Part shown: piece by piece, positions 1-13,089 of the stretch
Numbering within the stretch: position 1 is the stretch's first letter
Layout: each line of letters starts with the position of its first letter
Origin: Flaccisagitta enflata
Lineage: Eukaryota
Direction: 5' to 3'
Length of the DNA: 64,000 bases
Assembly: GCA_965153355.1 (NCBI GenBank)
Contig: OZ231126.1
Location: 49,228,001 to 49,292,000 of the forward strand
The notes under the pieces: model-generated
What the model was told of the DNA's origin: nothing
Seen by the model: only the letters and a program-made list of their open reading frames with translations
The model's database searches: none
Position numbers and translations under genes: made by a program

Positions 1-126
1 TCATGTATGTCTTATCTCGATCATTTTTGTTCACTTGTTTTTCTATTTTCACTCATGTATGTTTTTCATTTTGATCTATTTTGATACCCTAAATGTTGGC
101 TTCGTAGGCACGCTGTCTTAAGAGAC

Positions 127-578
127 TGATATTTGGAATATAGACTAATAAAAGGATGCTTTATTGCCCATGGGTGTTGGTTGCCATAGAAACACATTTC
201 TATGTATTCATGCTAAAGTAAACACATTTCTATGTATTCATGCTAAACTATCAACATTTTGAGAAATTTTTTGAGGGAACATTGTTTAAAATAAAATTTG
301 CTACTATTTATAACAGCTCTGTGATGCTCACTAGCAACCACCAAACAAACAATTTTCTTACAGAACATACTGTGGGAAAGCTATAGCAAATTTTATTAAA
401 AACAATGTTCTCTCAAAAAATTTCTCAAAATCTTGATACTTTGGCCTGAATTCATGAAAATGTGTTTTCATAGCAACCAACACCCATGGGCAATAAAGCA
501 TCCTTTTATTAGTTTATAATTCAAATATCTTCCTGTTTAGAAATCCCCCGTATATCCAAGTCTAGATAACATCTACTG
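127..578. mobile_element. Partial copy of the same foldback MITE family
   Basis: Arms ACTAATAAAAGGATGCTTTATTGCCCATGGGTGTTGGTTGC / GCAACCAACACCCATGGGCAATAAAGCATCCTTTTATTAGT; right end ...CAAGTCTAGATAACATCTACTG|TA. Confidence 0.8.
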
Positions 579-1252
579 TAACTCGCTATAAAAAAAAAAC
601 AAGGCCGGACACATGGCCAATAATTGGTCGCTTGTGGGTGGGCATTGGCAGTAATGTGGGTGGGTAGGGGCAGTAATGTGGGTGGGTAGGGGCTGTAATG
701 TGGCTGGGCTGTGGGCAGGGGCCAGGGGACGTGATGCTCAGATATCATCATTTCGTCTGATTTTGAATCATCCAAAATTTCACATGACGGACCTTCGGAC
801 CTTCTTACGTAGGGACACACTCTCTTATAGAATCGCTTAGTAAGCGACTAAAAGCGCTTGCGCGGTGCCAGTGCACAAATGTTATTTTGGTCGATTTCGA
901 CCGCACAATGACAAAAATATTGTCAGTTGTGCCTGCCTACGCTTCCTTGTTAAACCGCAGAATTCATCCATGCATCATGCGGCTGCGAAAGATGATCTCA
1001 TTTTCTTTAACGACCTTATAGTCGGGCCAACTGAAACTCTGATCTGTACACAATGTATACCACGAGGTTGTCCGATTTCTCTGGGTTAACTTGACACAGA
1101 AGGTAATGAAAAAAAAAAAACACCAAAATGATAACGAAAACAAAATTAAGAAGTAAAATTTCTGATAACATAGAATGAGCGTTTTAAATGTCATTCACAC
1201 TTCGATTCAACCACCTTATTGACCTTAACATTTCAATATTGATTAAACAAAC

Positions 1253-1374
1253 CTGGGATTAGCCAGTCCATTTGCACCAATGGGGCCCAAATTAGGCAAC
1301 TGGAAATGAGTTCCCCAAACTTCGAGAATGTAGCCTCGGGATGGACCCTCCAGCCCAACGTGAAAACGCATGCC
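1253..1374 (-). CDS. HGD: HGD coding exon 5 (remaining exons not found in window; gene presumably continues past the left edge)
   Basis: ttcag| [40 protein letters not shown](R) |gtttgt; contains the [16 protein letters not shown] motif. Confidence 0.95.
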
Positions 1375-1759
1375 CTGAACCAATAACGAAAACCAACGAA
1401 TGAACGAATGAATGAATAAAAAACTGGTTAAGAGTCATCAATGGAGCACAAAAGAGATGGAATAAATGCATAAATGTATAAATGAATAGAAAAAAACTAA
1501 TGAATGAATGACTGAGCAGATGATTAAATGAGTTAGTGAATTAAATATTGAATCTAAAAAAAGTAACTCAGGAATGAATGAGCCAGGAGTAGGACAACCC
1601 TAATAGTCACATTCGTTGGGCAGGGGCAGTAATGCAAGAATAACGTCAAACGCTTTACAGGTCAAATGCGGAAAAGTAGCTTTCGGAGACACGAGCACGA
1701 GGCTACAATGAATCAAAAAGATTCATGTGACAACACCGCCATGACGCGACGTCAGTTAC

Positions 1760-1831
1760 CTGTTGAATGACGCAGATTTCATTCGGTTCGACTCGCAATC
1801 TCCCAAATTCGGTGGTGATGTTGAGCGCGCC
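1760..1831 (-). CDS. HGD: HGD coding exon 4
   Basis: tctag| GALNITTEFGRLRVEPNEICVIQQ |gtaact; 72 nt; TEFG...PNEICVIQ motif. Confidence 0.95.
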
Positions 1832-1876
1832 CTAGATCATTGAAAAGATCAAAAGTGAGCATCGCCTTAACTTAAG

Positions 1877-2003
1877 TAGGGATGTGGAAGCGATTGACCG
1901 CTGGGATAGCTACTAGTATTTGAACTACAAAATGGAAGCGGAATCGGAAGCGGAAGCGGAAGCGGTGGAAGCGACGTGAAAATGGACCGCTTCCACATCC
2001 CTA
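1877..2003. mobile_element. Mini-MITE, TIR TAGGGATGTGGAAGCG, internal GGAAGC repeats (HGD intron)
   Basis: Perfect 16-bp inverted termini; no clear TSD. Confidence 0.65.
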
Positions 2004-2168
2004 GCCCTAAAATCTATATTGCTACACTGACTGGGGAAAGATTGATCATTAATGCATCTTTTATAAAAGAAACATCCCCTCCTGCAGCGTAATAAGCAAT
2101 CCCCAGCACGATGTGCAATTTTCTACTGCGGCAAAATCAAATCGGATGCAGCATTATGCCGTAGTTAC

Positions 2169-2281
2169 CTGCTGTGGAACGATGAGGAAATCTCCGTCGG
2201 CGTTGTAAAAAGCGGCATCGCCCATCGAAGCATTGGCCGCGTAAATCAGGATGGCGCAACCATTTCGAGTCTTGGGATCTC
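2169..2281 (-). CDS. HGD: HGD coding exon 3
   Basis: cttcag| [38 protein letters not shown] |gtaact; contains the [13 protein letters not shown] motif; phase 1 to 0. Not shown in this frame in the ORF track. Confidence 0.95.
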
Positions 2282-2497
2282 CTGAAGACATTGATGATGG
2301 GTGACAGACAATTTCTCTTTCTGCCTCTCTCTATGTAACTGTCGAGCTGTCTGTCTCTCTCATTTTTTTTTCTGTTTTGTCCGCTGTCTGAATTACGGCT
2401 TTGCTTTTGATTATGAATCTGTCTTTTTGTTTGTGTTTCTTCCTTCTTAAGTTCTTGTGTTTGTGTTTGTATGTGCGTGTGCGTGTGTGTGTGTGTG

Positions 2498-3366
<869 letters not shown>

Positions 3367-3424
3367 CTCGCTCTCGCTCTCGCTTTCGCTCTCGCTTTCT
3401 CTCTCGCTCTCGCTCTCGCTCTCG

Positions 3425-3486
<62 letters not shown>

Positions 3487-3856
3487 AATTCTGAAATGCT
3501 CTTAGGATTAGGTCAATCCTCGGCTATCTGTATTCTTATAGCAAGACAGTTTGTTCTTGTGTAAGTACATTTATAAACTCTCTCTCTGTCTCTCTCTCTC
3601 GCTGTCTGTCTCTGACTGACTGACTGTCTGTCTGTCTGTCTGTCTGTCTCTCAACAACAAACACACCCACACACACACAAAAACGAACACACAAACAAAC
3701 AAATCAACGAACAAACAAACAAACAAACAAGAAAACAAACAAACAAACAAACAAACAAACAAACAAACAAACAAACAAACAAACAATGAAACACCTACAC
3801 TCAAGAAATATTCCTTGTCCATTATCTAATTTATCTACCACTACCCTTTTCCTCAC

Positions 3857-4035
3857 CCGCGCCACAGACCACTCTGAGTCCGTTGACGAAATCGATTTGT
3901 CCGTCGGTTTGATCCGGGATGTCGAAGGGCTTCCAGCGAAGTTGATTGGGATTGGCCTCTTGCTCTTCGAAAGAATACCGAAGGAATGAATCGTCAACTC
4001 GTTGGAAAGGTTCATGACGAACAGACGGCAAAATC
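3857..4035 (-). CDS. HGD: HGD coding exon 2
   Basis: ttcag| (R)ILPSVRHEPFQRVDDSFLRYSFEEQEANPNQLRWKPFDIPDQTDGQIDFVNGLRVVCGA(G) |gtgagg; contains the HGD PNQLRWKPF motif; phase 2 to 1. Confidence 0.95.
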
Positions 4036-4095
4036 CTGAATGATCAATGAATTGATACTCAGTTGCAGTTGATGTTGACGCTTGAGTTATTTTGG

Positions 4096-4190
<95 letters not shown>

Positions 4191-4401
4191 AGAGTTGACG
4201 CTGCAGCGGTTGTTGTGGTTGTTGTTGTTGTTGTTGTTGTTATTGTTATTGTTATTGTTATTGTTGTTGTTGTTGTTGTTGTTGTTGTTTTTTCTGCTGT
4301 CATTGCTGTTGTCATTTATTGTTGTTGATTTGTTGTCATTTTTAATGTTGTTGTTGTGGTTGCAGTGCTTATTGCATATCTAAGTAAACGCGATCGCCCA
4401 C

Positions 4402-4667
4402 CTGTAAAGCCACGATCTCTTATTCGTGTCCCTGGGACAAGTGAAAGCGGATCCGGACAGTTGCTCGGCATAGAGACCATAAGGACAGACTTGCGGATTG
4501 TTTTGGCCGACGGGCAGCGCGTTGGGCAATGCCTCGCTGGAAAACTCGTTGCCGAATCCGGGGAGATAGTTGAGACTCGTCCAGCCCTTGGAAATGGCCG
4601 TCGGCGTCGACTTGACCAGCAACTTGGGCGAAATACTCGAAGTCGTCGACACTCCTGCGTTGAGCAT
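4402..4667 (-). CDS. HGD: Homogentisate 1,2-dioxygenase, first coding exon (includes 28-aa N-terminal extension)
   Basis: Translates ...[61 protein letters not shown], matching the recalled HGD N-terminus (LKYISGFGNE...[36 protein letters not shown]). Donor AG|GTGGGC at 4401. The start ATG (4667) is inferred; an in-frame TGA lies upstream. Confidence 0.93.
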
Positions 4668-5496
4668 GAGGAAAGGTTGGATATTGGATAAGTTGTATAA
4701 GTTGATGATCGTTTTTACCAGTCAGTATCGGTATGACAAGTCAAGGATCGCGCATGGTCCGCGGAACTTGATGCCCTGCTAGGATTGATCAAGTGATAAA
4801 GTGGAGTAAAAGCAGGACAGCGACCTCAAAGGGCTATAAAATTTTGCCCCTGTGCTCCTCAGGACATCGGCCCTTCGGGGCCGCTGCCCAAAAAAGATTC
4901 GAAGTCCGCGCTGTTTTGTTCGTTGTTAGAACCTCATTCATTGGCATGTGATTCAATTATGTGCGTCTGACTGAAGACTGAAATCGAGTTATCATCCTTC
5001 GAAGAGTAATACTTTTATCAACCAACAGCAACGGGGCTTAGCCTTAGGGTTAAAGCGTTACATCAGTGTTACGTCATTTTGCCACATCGAGCAGCTGCGC
5101 ACTTAACCATGAAAGATTGCGGTCGGTGGCAAATGTTTGACGTAAATCACAGACACAGTTGTAATTTGTCAAGGCGGTTGATCTCTCTGCCTATGTCAAA
5201 TTGAATGCCTAAAGGCTGTTTTTCTGTCTGTACGTCTAGCATGGTATGGTTTCTCTCACTGTGCCATTCTGTCTTTTTAGTCGCGTGCTACGCGACTCTT
5301 CACCCCGCCTTGTCGGTCCGTCGGTCGATCGGTCGGTCACACTTTACTTTTTTGATTTTTCGGTTTTTGGCCTCACTGCTCCGGTAATACGGATCAAGTG
5401 ACCTCAAATTATTTAGTCAAATATGGCCCCTGCCCACCCGCACGCGACTGGGGTAGCCGTGTATCCGGCCTTGTTTAGTTTCTCTTTGTCCTTTGT

Positions 5497-5590
<94 letters not shown>

Positions 5591-7663
5591 CGGAATGTCT
5601 CTCTTTATCTCCTGTCTGCGTTTGTGTGAGGTGCGATATTTCGCAATGAGAAGAAGATAAACAATAGAAATCAGAATCTCGCTGATTCTGAGATTCGAGC
5701 TGATGTTGGGTGGCGTGGGGATTTTAAGACATGAAAGATGAAAAGAGATGAAAAAGAAGATCCTATCACAACAAGGCCGGATACACGGCCACCAGTTGCG
5801 GACGGGTGGGCAGGGGTGTAAATGCAATTGTCCGCAATTAAAAATATTCTAAAACGCTTGTTTTTCCACTTTTCGACTCGTGCTGACGGACCAAAGGAAC
5901 GACGAAACGATGGACGGACGGACGGACAAAGCCTCTTATAGAGGTGCGTGTCCGCAACTGAAAAATGCTCTCTCAAAAATTTATTACTTTGCTCAAGAAA
6001 AAACAAGGCCAACACCTATAAGTCGCGTGCGAGATTTACAGGGTAAAAATGACTTAGAATGACTTAGAATGACTTAGAATGACTTAAAATGACTTAAAAT
6101 GTCCAAAAAGGACTTAAAATGACTAAAAAACCTAATGACCAAAAATGACCTAAAATAACTTAAAATGACTCGGAATCACTTAAAATGACTTAGAATGACT
6201 CAAAATAACTTAGAATAACTGTTAATGACTAAAAAAGACCTAAAATTACCTAAGAGTTGACGTTATATTACAAAAAAAGTAAAGTGTGACGGACCGACGA
6301 ACGGACCGACGGACCGACGGACCGACGGATGGACAAAGCGGGGTGTAGAGTCGCGTGCACGCGACTAAAAAGTTAAAACAGAAATTACAAGAGCGGAACC
6401 AATAAGGGCGATACGTGCATTCGTGCATTGTGGAATCAGCATTGTAGGTCCCTTAATGCCCGATATTGCGGGGTTCAATTGTACTAAAAGTATGAGCAGG
6501 TGTGCTTTTTATAGAGTAGCGGGTAGCGCCGCTACTCGGAAAGATATAGGCGCCTCTTGGAAGATCGAATTAGAAAAGGAAGAAGAAGGAGAAGAAGAAG
6601 AAGAAGAAGAAGAAGAAGAAGGAGAAGGAGAAGGAGTAGAGGAAGAAGAAATATTGATAGTGAGGAGAAAGGTTGAAAAAAGGAAACAATTGGGAACTTC
6701 CTCCCAGGCATGCACCCTGTTTCACTTTCACCAGCTTCTCAGAACTTTCATCTTTGCACAACGCCAGTTTCTGGCCTTCTGGGCGGGATTGATCCCCCGC
6801 CATCTAAAAATGCCCCCAGAAGGTAATCCGGAAGGTTTATGATTTTCACTCTACAATGGCGAATCAGCGAAGAAGACACATGCCGTCGGTGAACTTTGAA
6901 ATTAAAAATTTCACTGAAATTGAGACTCAGAACAATCTTCATCAACTTTCTGTAATGTGATGCAATCTAAACGATCTTGGAAATCAAGGATTTTTATTTG
7001 GTAAATTAGAAATGCAACACACAACAGAGTCGGGTGTTGATGAATGTGAGACGACGTTACATTGTTATAAGTACTAAAAGAAGTCTTGCTACTGCATTAT
7101 GCAAATCAGCTGCTCATATCACTTTTGAGATATGGGGGACCAAGGTCATTTTGTCACTCTGGGGAGGGCAAATGAATATTCGTTTGGGCTGATTTTTGTC
7201 AGTGCGCGGAAACCAACTGGCTTGCTTTTTCAGTTGCGGACACGCAACTCCATAAGAGGCTTTGTCCATCCATCCGTTGGTCCATCTGTTGGTCCGTAAT
7301 CATCGAGTTTTTTGTATGTTTGTGTGTGTGGTATGGGGGTTGGGATGTGGATGGGCGTTGGTTGCCCTTGCCCATCCGTCCACAATGACATTATGACCCC
7401 GCAACACTTGTCTAAGAACCGTTGTATATTGTCCAATATACGTGGAACAATTTCAGTTTTTGCCTCATTTTCTTTTTTAAATATTGACCTCAGCTCGGTT
7501 TGTTTCCTTGTTGAATATCCTGTAGCAAAAATGATTGAAGTAATAGAAAACTCATATTTTACCCCTAGCCTTTTTGACAAGACGATGACAGACGAGTCGG
7601 AATATTCCAAGGGAAAATATTAGCAACTCGGAAGGAAAGAAGAAAAAGCACGCCTGAGCATTA

Positions 7664-8210
7664 CGCTGAGGAGAATACACTTTTTTTCATGCAGGGACCA
7701 AGAGGAGGGCCCAGATCTTTTTATTTTGATGTAACTAATGTATTCTGAAAATTTCAGGACCATAGAGGTTCTTAACCATTCATCATATTGCACTTGAAAA
7801 ATGGCTTATCCTTAAGGGGGCCAAAATTTCAAAATCATTTTTCCTCAAATCTGATGCCAGATTCAGATTCCCTTAGAAATTATGTAGATATATTTTCTAT
7901 CTGCAAAATTTTGTTTTTAAGCTGAAAAAATAAACATAAAACCCAGTTTTTTAAAAACAGTTATTTTGGAGTTTTTTGACCCTCTTTAAAACAAATTTTT
8001 GAAAAAAAAAATAATTATCTTAGTATATGAGAGTCTTAATCGGCGTCGGTTGAAATGTTGAGCTACAGCGCAGAGATAAGCCATTTTCAAGTGCAGTGAT
8101 GGTATGGTTAGAACGTCTGAAATTTTCAGAATACATTAGTTACATCCAAATAAAAAAATCTGGGCCCTCCTCTTGGTCCCTGCATGAAAAAAAGTGTATT
8201 CTCCTCAGCG
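7664..8210. mobile_element. TA-flanked MITE with ~100-bp TIRs (Tc1/mariner-like)
   Basis: TA|CGCTGAGGAGAATACACTTTTTTTCATGCAGGGACCAAGAGGAGGGCCCAGAT... is mirrored at the right end ...GTGTATTCTCCTCAGCG|TA. Confidence 0.88.
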
Positions 8211-8774
8211 TACTGAGCATAAGGGGACCGCAGATGCTTATACCTACCAATAATCGCATCGACATCATGCATCACAGTGCAGCAGCAGCAACAACAACAA
8301 CAGCAGCAACACTCATTAAGAGTGAAAATGATGGTTTGCCTGCAACACTTTTTCCATAGAGCATCAATCTTTTTTTGAAGCCTTAGGAAGCGATACTGAA
8401 CAAAAATACTAGTACGGACTCTGCTAGTAAATAAAACAAGGCCGGATACACGGCTACCCTAGTCGCGTGCGGGTGGGCAGGAGCAGTGCTGGAGAAAGTC
8501 ACCTAGAGGCGTCTGGGCCAGGGCCGTATGCTCAATAGCTCAAAAGCGAAAAAAAGTAAAAAGGGGACCGACCAACCACGACCGGACCCGACACTGGCGG
8601 GTGTAGAGTCGCGGCAACGCACGCGACTAAAAATAGCGACTCATTTGGGCATTTTGATCTGGAGTAACTACGCCGTGTGAACATGCAGTTATATTAGCTT
8701 ATACATGTGCCAGAATACAGAGTTAACACTCACAGCACAGCATAAATCCACAGAAGGCCATGGTTTAAAAAACT

Positions 8775-10085
8775 ATCTTGTCCCTGAATACCTCTAAAGA
8801 AAAATCAGAAATACCCATTTTCTATTATTTTTAATAAGTGTGGGCTACTTAGAAATAAAAACAAAAAAATTCTTCGAAATTTTGGATTTTGCTATTTTAG
8901 GTAAAAAACACCGTATTTTTGCATTTTTATATAAATCCAAGTGAAAATGTTAATTATGCCCCTGTGAGCCATGGAATTGGTGGCGTAGATGAAACCACAC
9001 TGGCTGACATTCATAGTAAGCTGGTTTGAAGCGATTTTGGTTGATAACAAAAATCGCGAAAAAAGAGTAAAGTTATTTTTTTTGGGTATTCTGTTTTCTT
9101 TACTTGAACTATTTGGAAATATTAGTTGTGCCACTGTGAGACATGGAATTGATAGGCATAGTTGAAACACACTAGCTGGTATGCAAAGCAACTAGTTTGA
9201 AGCATTTTTGATTCGTTATTAGCTAGAAAATCAATAAAGTCACAAAAATAACTATTTTTTTGCATTTTTTTATTTTTAACTTTGAAAAAACTTTAAAAAT
9301 GCTATCAATTTTTGTGAAAATATCAAAGAGCCCTCTTGACAAGGTTTCATTTTCATTATTTCCAGTAAATAGAGCTCATATCCTATACAAAAATGTAAAA
9401 AAAACCTGATGCAATATTGCTTTTTACTCCCAGTCTTCTTCATGAGAAAGCAGTGGTCTTTCTGCTCTTTTTCCAAGCTGATTTTGGGAGGCAGTGCCGT
9501 GGCTTCATGCCATGCTGTTATCTCTTTACCCTGGATTCTAATTTACCCGTTTCTATGACTTACAGAGGCATTTCTAAGATTTGCAAGGCTAGAAATAAAA
9601 AAATGTTTTTTTTTTGGGTGACTTTGCTGGCCATCTTCCAAACTGGTGCTTGCATATACCATTAGTCACCCCAACATTACCTACGGTCCATGTCTCACAG
9701 TGGCGCAGCTAGCATTTTCTATTGGTTAAAAGTAAAAAAATCTTAAAAATGCAAAAAAATAGCTTTTTTGGCTCTTTTTTTGTGATTTTTAAGATGTTAG
9801 TGAACCAAAAATGCTTCAAACTCGTTACAATGCATGTCAGCTAGTGTGTTTAATCTATGCCTACCAATTCCATGGCTCACAGAAGCATGCTTAACATTTC
9901 TGCTGATTCGGAAAAATACAAAATAGTGTTTTTTTGCCTAAAAATGGCAAAAAATCCGAAAATTTCAAACGTATTTTTTTGTTTTTTATTTTTTCGAGTA
10001 GCCCACATGTTACTTGAGTGAAAACACATAGGCAGAAAAAATGGGTATTTCGATTTTCTTTAGGAGGGTATCTAGGGATGGGTGT
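8775..10085. mobile_element. ~1.3-kb foldback-like element with long imperfect inverted arms and internal direct repeats
   Basis: 8775-9300 is the diverged reverse complement of ~9680-10085 (e.g. GTGGGCTACT/AGTAGCCCAC, CTGTGAGCCATGGAATTGGT/ACCAATTCCATGGCTCACAG). Boundaries approximate. Confidence 0.7.
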
Positions 10086-10210
10086 ATCATCATTTTTTCA
10101 TGGAAACTATTGGTGGAGTCTTAGTCCAAATCTTCCACGCGTTTCTGATACACGCGTTTCTGATACACTCGTTTCATTTCAAAAGAAGGTCATTTTCTGT
10201 TCTGAAGTTA

Positions 10211-10748
10211 CAGTAGATCTCGTCTTGACTTGAGATAACGGGGGCATGCATTTTAGGAAACCGAATGAAGCCAAGGGATTGATATTTGGAATATAGCCTT
10301 ATAAAATGTTTTATTGTCTATGATAGTTGGTTGCCATAGAAACACATTTCAAGTTTTCGCGCTAAAAAATCAATATTTTGAAAATTTTTGAGGGAACATT
10401 GTTTGAAATTAAACATGCCACAACTTTCCAACAGTATGTTCTGTAAGAATGTCACTTGTTTAATAGTTGGTAGGATTTTTAACATATGGATACGCTCCAT
10501 AGCATATTGTGGTGCATATTGTAGGAAAGTTGTAGCAGATTTGATTTCAAGCCATGTTCCCTAAAAAAATCTCTCAAAATATTGATATTTAAGTAGGAAT
10601 ACATGAAAATATGTTTCCATGACAACCGAGTATCATGGAGAATAAATCATTTTTTTATAAATTTAAATTTCAAATATCAGCCCCTTAGCTTCATTTGTTC
10701 TTCCATAATGCTTGCCCCCGTTATCTCAAGTCTAGACGAGATCCACTG
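10211..10748. mobile_element. TA-flanked foldback MITE (TIR CAGTRGATCTCGTCT.GACTTGAGATAACGGGGGC)
   Basis: ~35-bp TIRs, TA on both sides, long imperfect internal palindrome. A related copy lacking a clear left TIR spans ~127-578. Confidence 0.88.
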
Positions 10749-11046
10749 TACATGTATACAAAAGAGCTGCAAAAGCTAATATCATCGATGTTATCCATCA
10801 ATGTATCTATGTGCCTCTGTTTACCGGCGGAAATGACGTTTCCGTTGGCGAAGTCCATCATCGCGATTTCCACCTTTATGTCGCGTCCGCTTCCTTTTAG
10901 TCAATGTGATCTCGCTTTTTGTTTTTGTCTCCTTTGATTACATAAAAATAAGAAAAGTCATTGGTGTGATCATAGATGTGACGACCTCCATGAAAGTGAT
11001 GACCAGATTATTTTCGATGCTATTCTTATTTACTAAAACATAACAC

Positions 11047-11092
<46 letters not shown>

Positions 11093-11095
<3 letters not shown>

Positions 11096-11420
11096 TTTTC
11101 GCCCTCTGAGTCACGAGTTCGAATCCCGCATTGGATGGGTCTTTTCATCAAAAGTTGGAATCCTCAACCCGAACCATGCGATTGGGCATTTGTTGGGGTT
11201 GCCTGTAGAGTTTCAGTTAATAGTATAGCTAGCTGAGGGAGGATTGGAAGGGTGGCAGGAGTAGTACCAATGGATCTGGACAGGGGGACCGTGCATGGTG
11301 CATCTGCGTAACTGTCATACTTGGCAGGCCGAACGTCCCTTTCCATACGATAGGGGAAATCTCCACTTTTCGGAGTGGCAGTTAAAACAACTTCGATTGA
11401 ATAAATGGCCGGAAGCAAGT
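11093..11420 (+). mobile_element. Probable 5'-truncated tRNA-derived SINE
   Basis: B-box GAGTTCGAATCCC near 11115-11127 follows a (GA)n tract and precedes a GC-richer body. No A-box; the right boundary is a guess. Confidence 0.4.
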
Positions 11421-11540
11421 GTATCTAATGAAACGCGCAAACGCTATTCCTTTGTATACACATTCGCTGAAGTATGGGCTCGTAAAACAAGAATAAGACT
11501 CGCACTAAATGCGCATCAGTCATACCCCCTTCAATCGAAA

Positions 11541-11656
11541 ACGATGGAATGTAAAGTCTTTGGGTGGAATGTGACGTCCTTTGATGGAATGTGACGTCCT
11601 TTGATGGAATTTGAAGTCCTTTGATGGAATGTGACGTCCTTTGATGGAAATTGACG
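11541..11656. repeat. 20-bp minisatellite GTGACGTCCTTTGATGGAAT (4 good copies plus degenerate flanks)
   Basis: Directly visible; CCTTTGATG starts at 11578, 11598, 11618 and 11638. Confidence 0.95.
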
Positions 11657-11756
11657 TCCTTGCGATGCGGTGAAATCAGGACCAAATAGAAGTCACATTC
11701 ACTTGATGTCGAGAAAGGAGAGAACGAAGCACCCAGAGGTCATCCAACTGTGTCGC

Positions 11757-11863
<107 letters not shown>

Positions 11864-12203
11864 GATCCGTAAGCAAATACAACCACGGAATGTGTTTACT
11901 ATGATTATACGCGTAGTACAAGAACAATATGTGCCACGTTTGTTCATAGGACTTGACAGGTGTCGGTCCTCATAACAGCTTGGTCTGTGTCTTTTTTTTC
12001 TCATCTTCGGCATTTCTACCGCACCGATTGTCAGTTTTTGCGTCGTTTGAGACTAAGAATTGTCATTCTGTTTTCACAACTTACACCTTTTTTCTCCTTT
12101 CCCTACATTCCTTATTTTGACATCTGACGTCAAAGCACGTCAACCGTGTGCAGCGGAACAAAACAAAAGTCGTAACTAAAGTTCATGCTTAGTGAATGGT
12201 GCA

Positions 12204-13016
12204 CAGGGACGGCCGGGCCCCCCCGGGCCCCCCCTAACCCCCCTACCCCCCCCTAACACACCCCCCTACCCCCCCCTTATCAACCCCCCCCCATCCCTAC
12301 AAAAGTGAAATTTATCATATTTAACCAATACAGGCTGTACATAAAAAAGACCAAGTTAATCTATAATAGAAATTAAATCAAAATCAATGTGCCTCTTTTC
12401 CAATCTGAATAAGGGGGGTCAGAATTGGTCAGCCCTTCTAATGGGAAAAAATATGGCTCTAATTTTCAACCAATACAGGCTTTACATAAAAAAGACTAAG
12501 TAAATCAATAATAAAAATCAAATCAAAATCAATGTGCCTCTTTTCCAATCTGAACAGGGGGGGGGGTCTGAATTAGTCATTAAAAAAATACAGCTCTCAT
12601 TTAAAGATACACTCAATTATTCAAATAGGATCATGATAACTTCACTTTGAAATTATTTGTCACCTTTACAAGGGCCTACATTTAACTGAAATATGAGTTC
12701 AATTGAAAGTTATATGTACTAAATCTTTGAAAAGGTTGGTATTCGAAGGCTTCGAGGCTTTATCGATATGTTGATTTGATCTCAATGGAGCCCCCACTTG
12801 ACTTCTTAAGTCCAAACATGATCTAATCTGATTTTTTTTCTTTTTTATTTCTCCTCTTTTTTCTTTTTTTTTCTTTATTTTTTTTTTTTTTTTTTTTTTC
12901 TTTTTTTTTTCTTTTTCTTTCTTCTTTTTTCCCCTACCTCAGGTGCCCTCCCGGGCCCCCCCAGGGCCCGGGCCCCCCTTCTCAGAGGGGGTTGGACCCC
13001 CCTCTCGCCGGCCCTG
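12204..13016. mobile_element. hAT-type MITE
   Basis: TIRs CAGGGACGGC...GCCGGCCCTG flanked by a perfect 8-bp TSD ATGGTGCA (12196-12203 and 13017-13024); no ORF. Confidence 0.9.
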
Positions 13017-13089
13017 ATGGTGCACTACTCAGTCTACTGTCTGACAGCCAATCTAAGGTAAGAATGACGTTATTCTGAGTTTTTTTTTT

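Noticed and set aside
865-1194. Possible next HGD exon (expected DFxxPxAWYE)
   Set aside because: No such motif was found in the minus-strand frames inspected; the remaining exons are presumed to lie outside the window.
4722-4724. In-frame TGA upstream of HGD as selenocysteine or readthrough, linked to the TCA tRNA relic
   Set aside because: No upstream start is established, no SECIS evidence is visible, and the relic lacks an acceptor stem; most simply this is 5'UTR.
6715-6803. Exon-like segment tttttag|ATGGCGGGG...AAACAGG|GTGCAT as an upstream HGD exon
   Set aside because: Splicing it to the acceptor near 4780 meets stop codons before the HGD coding region, and the peptide has no recognisable similarity.
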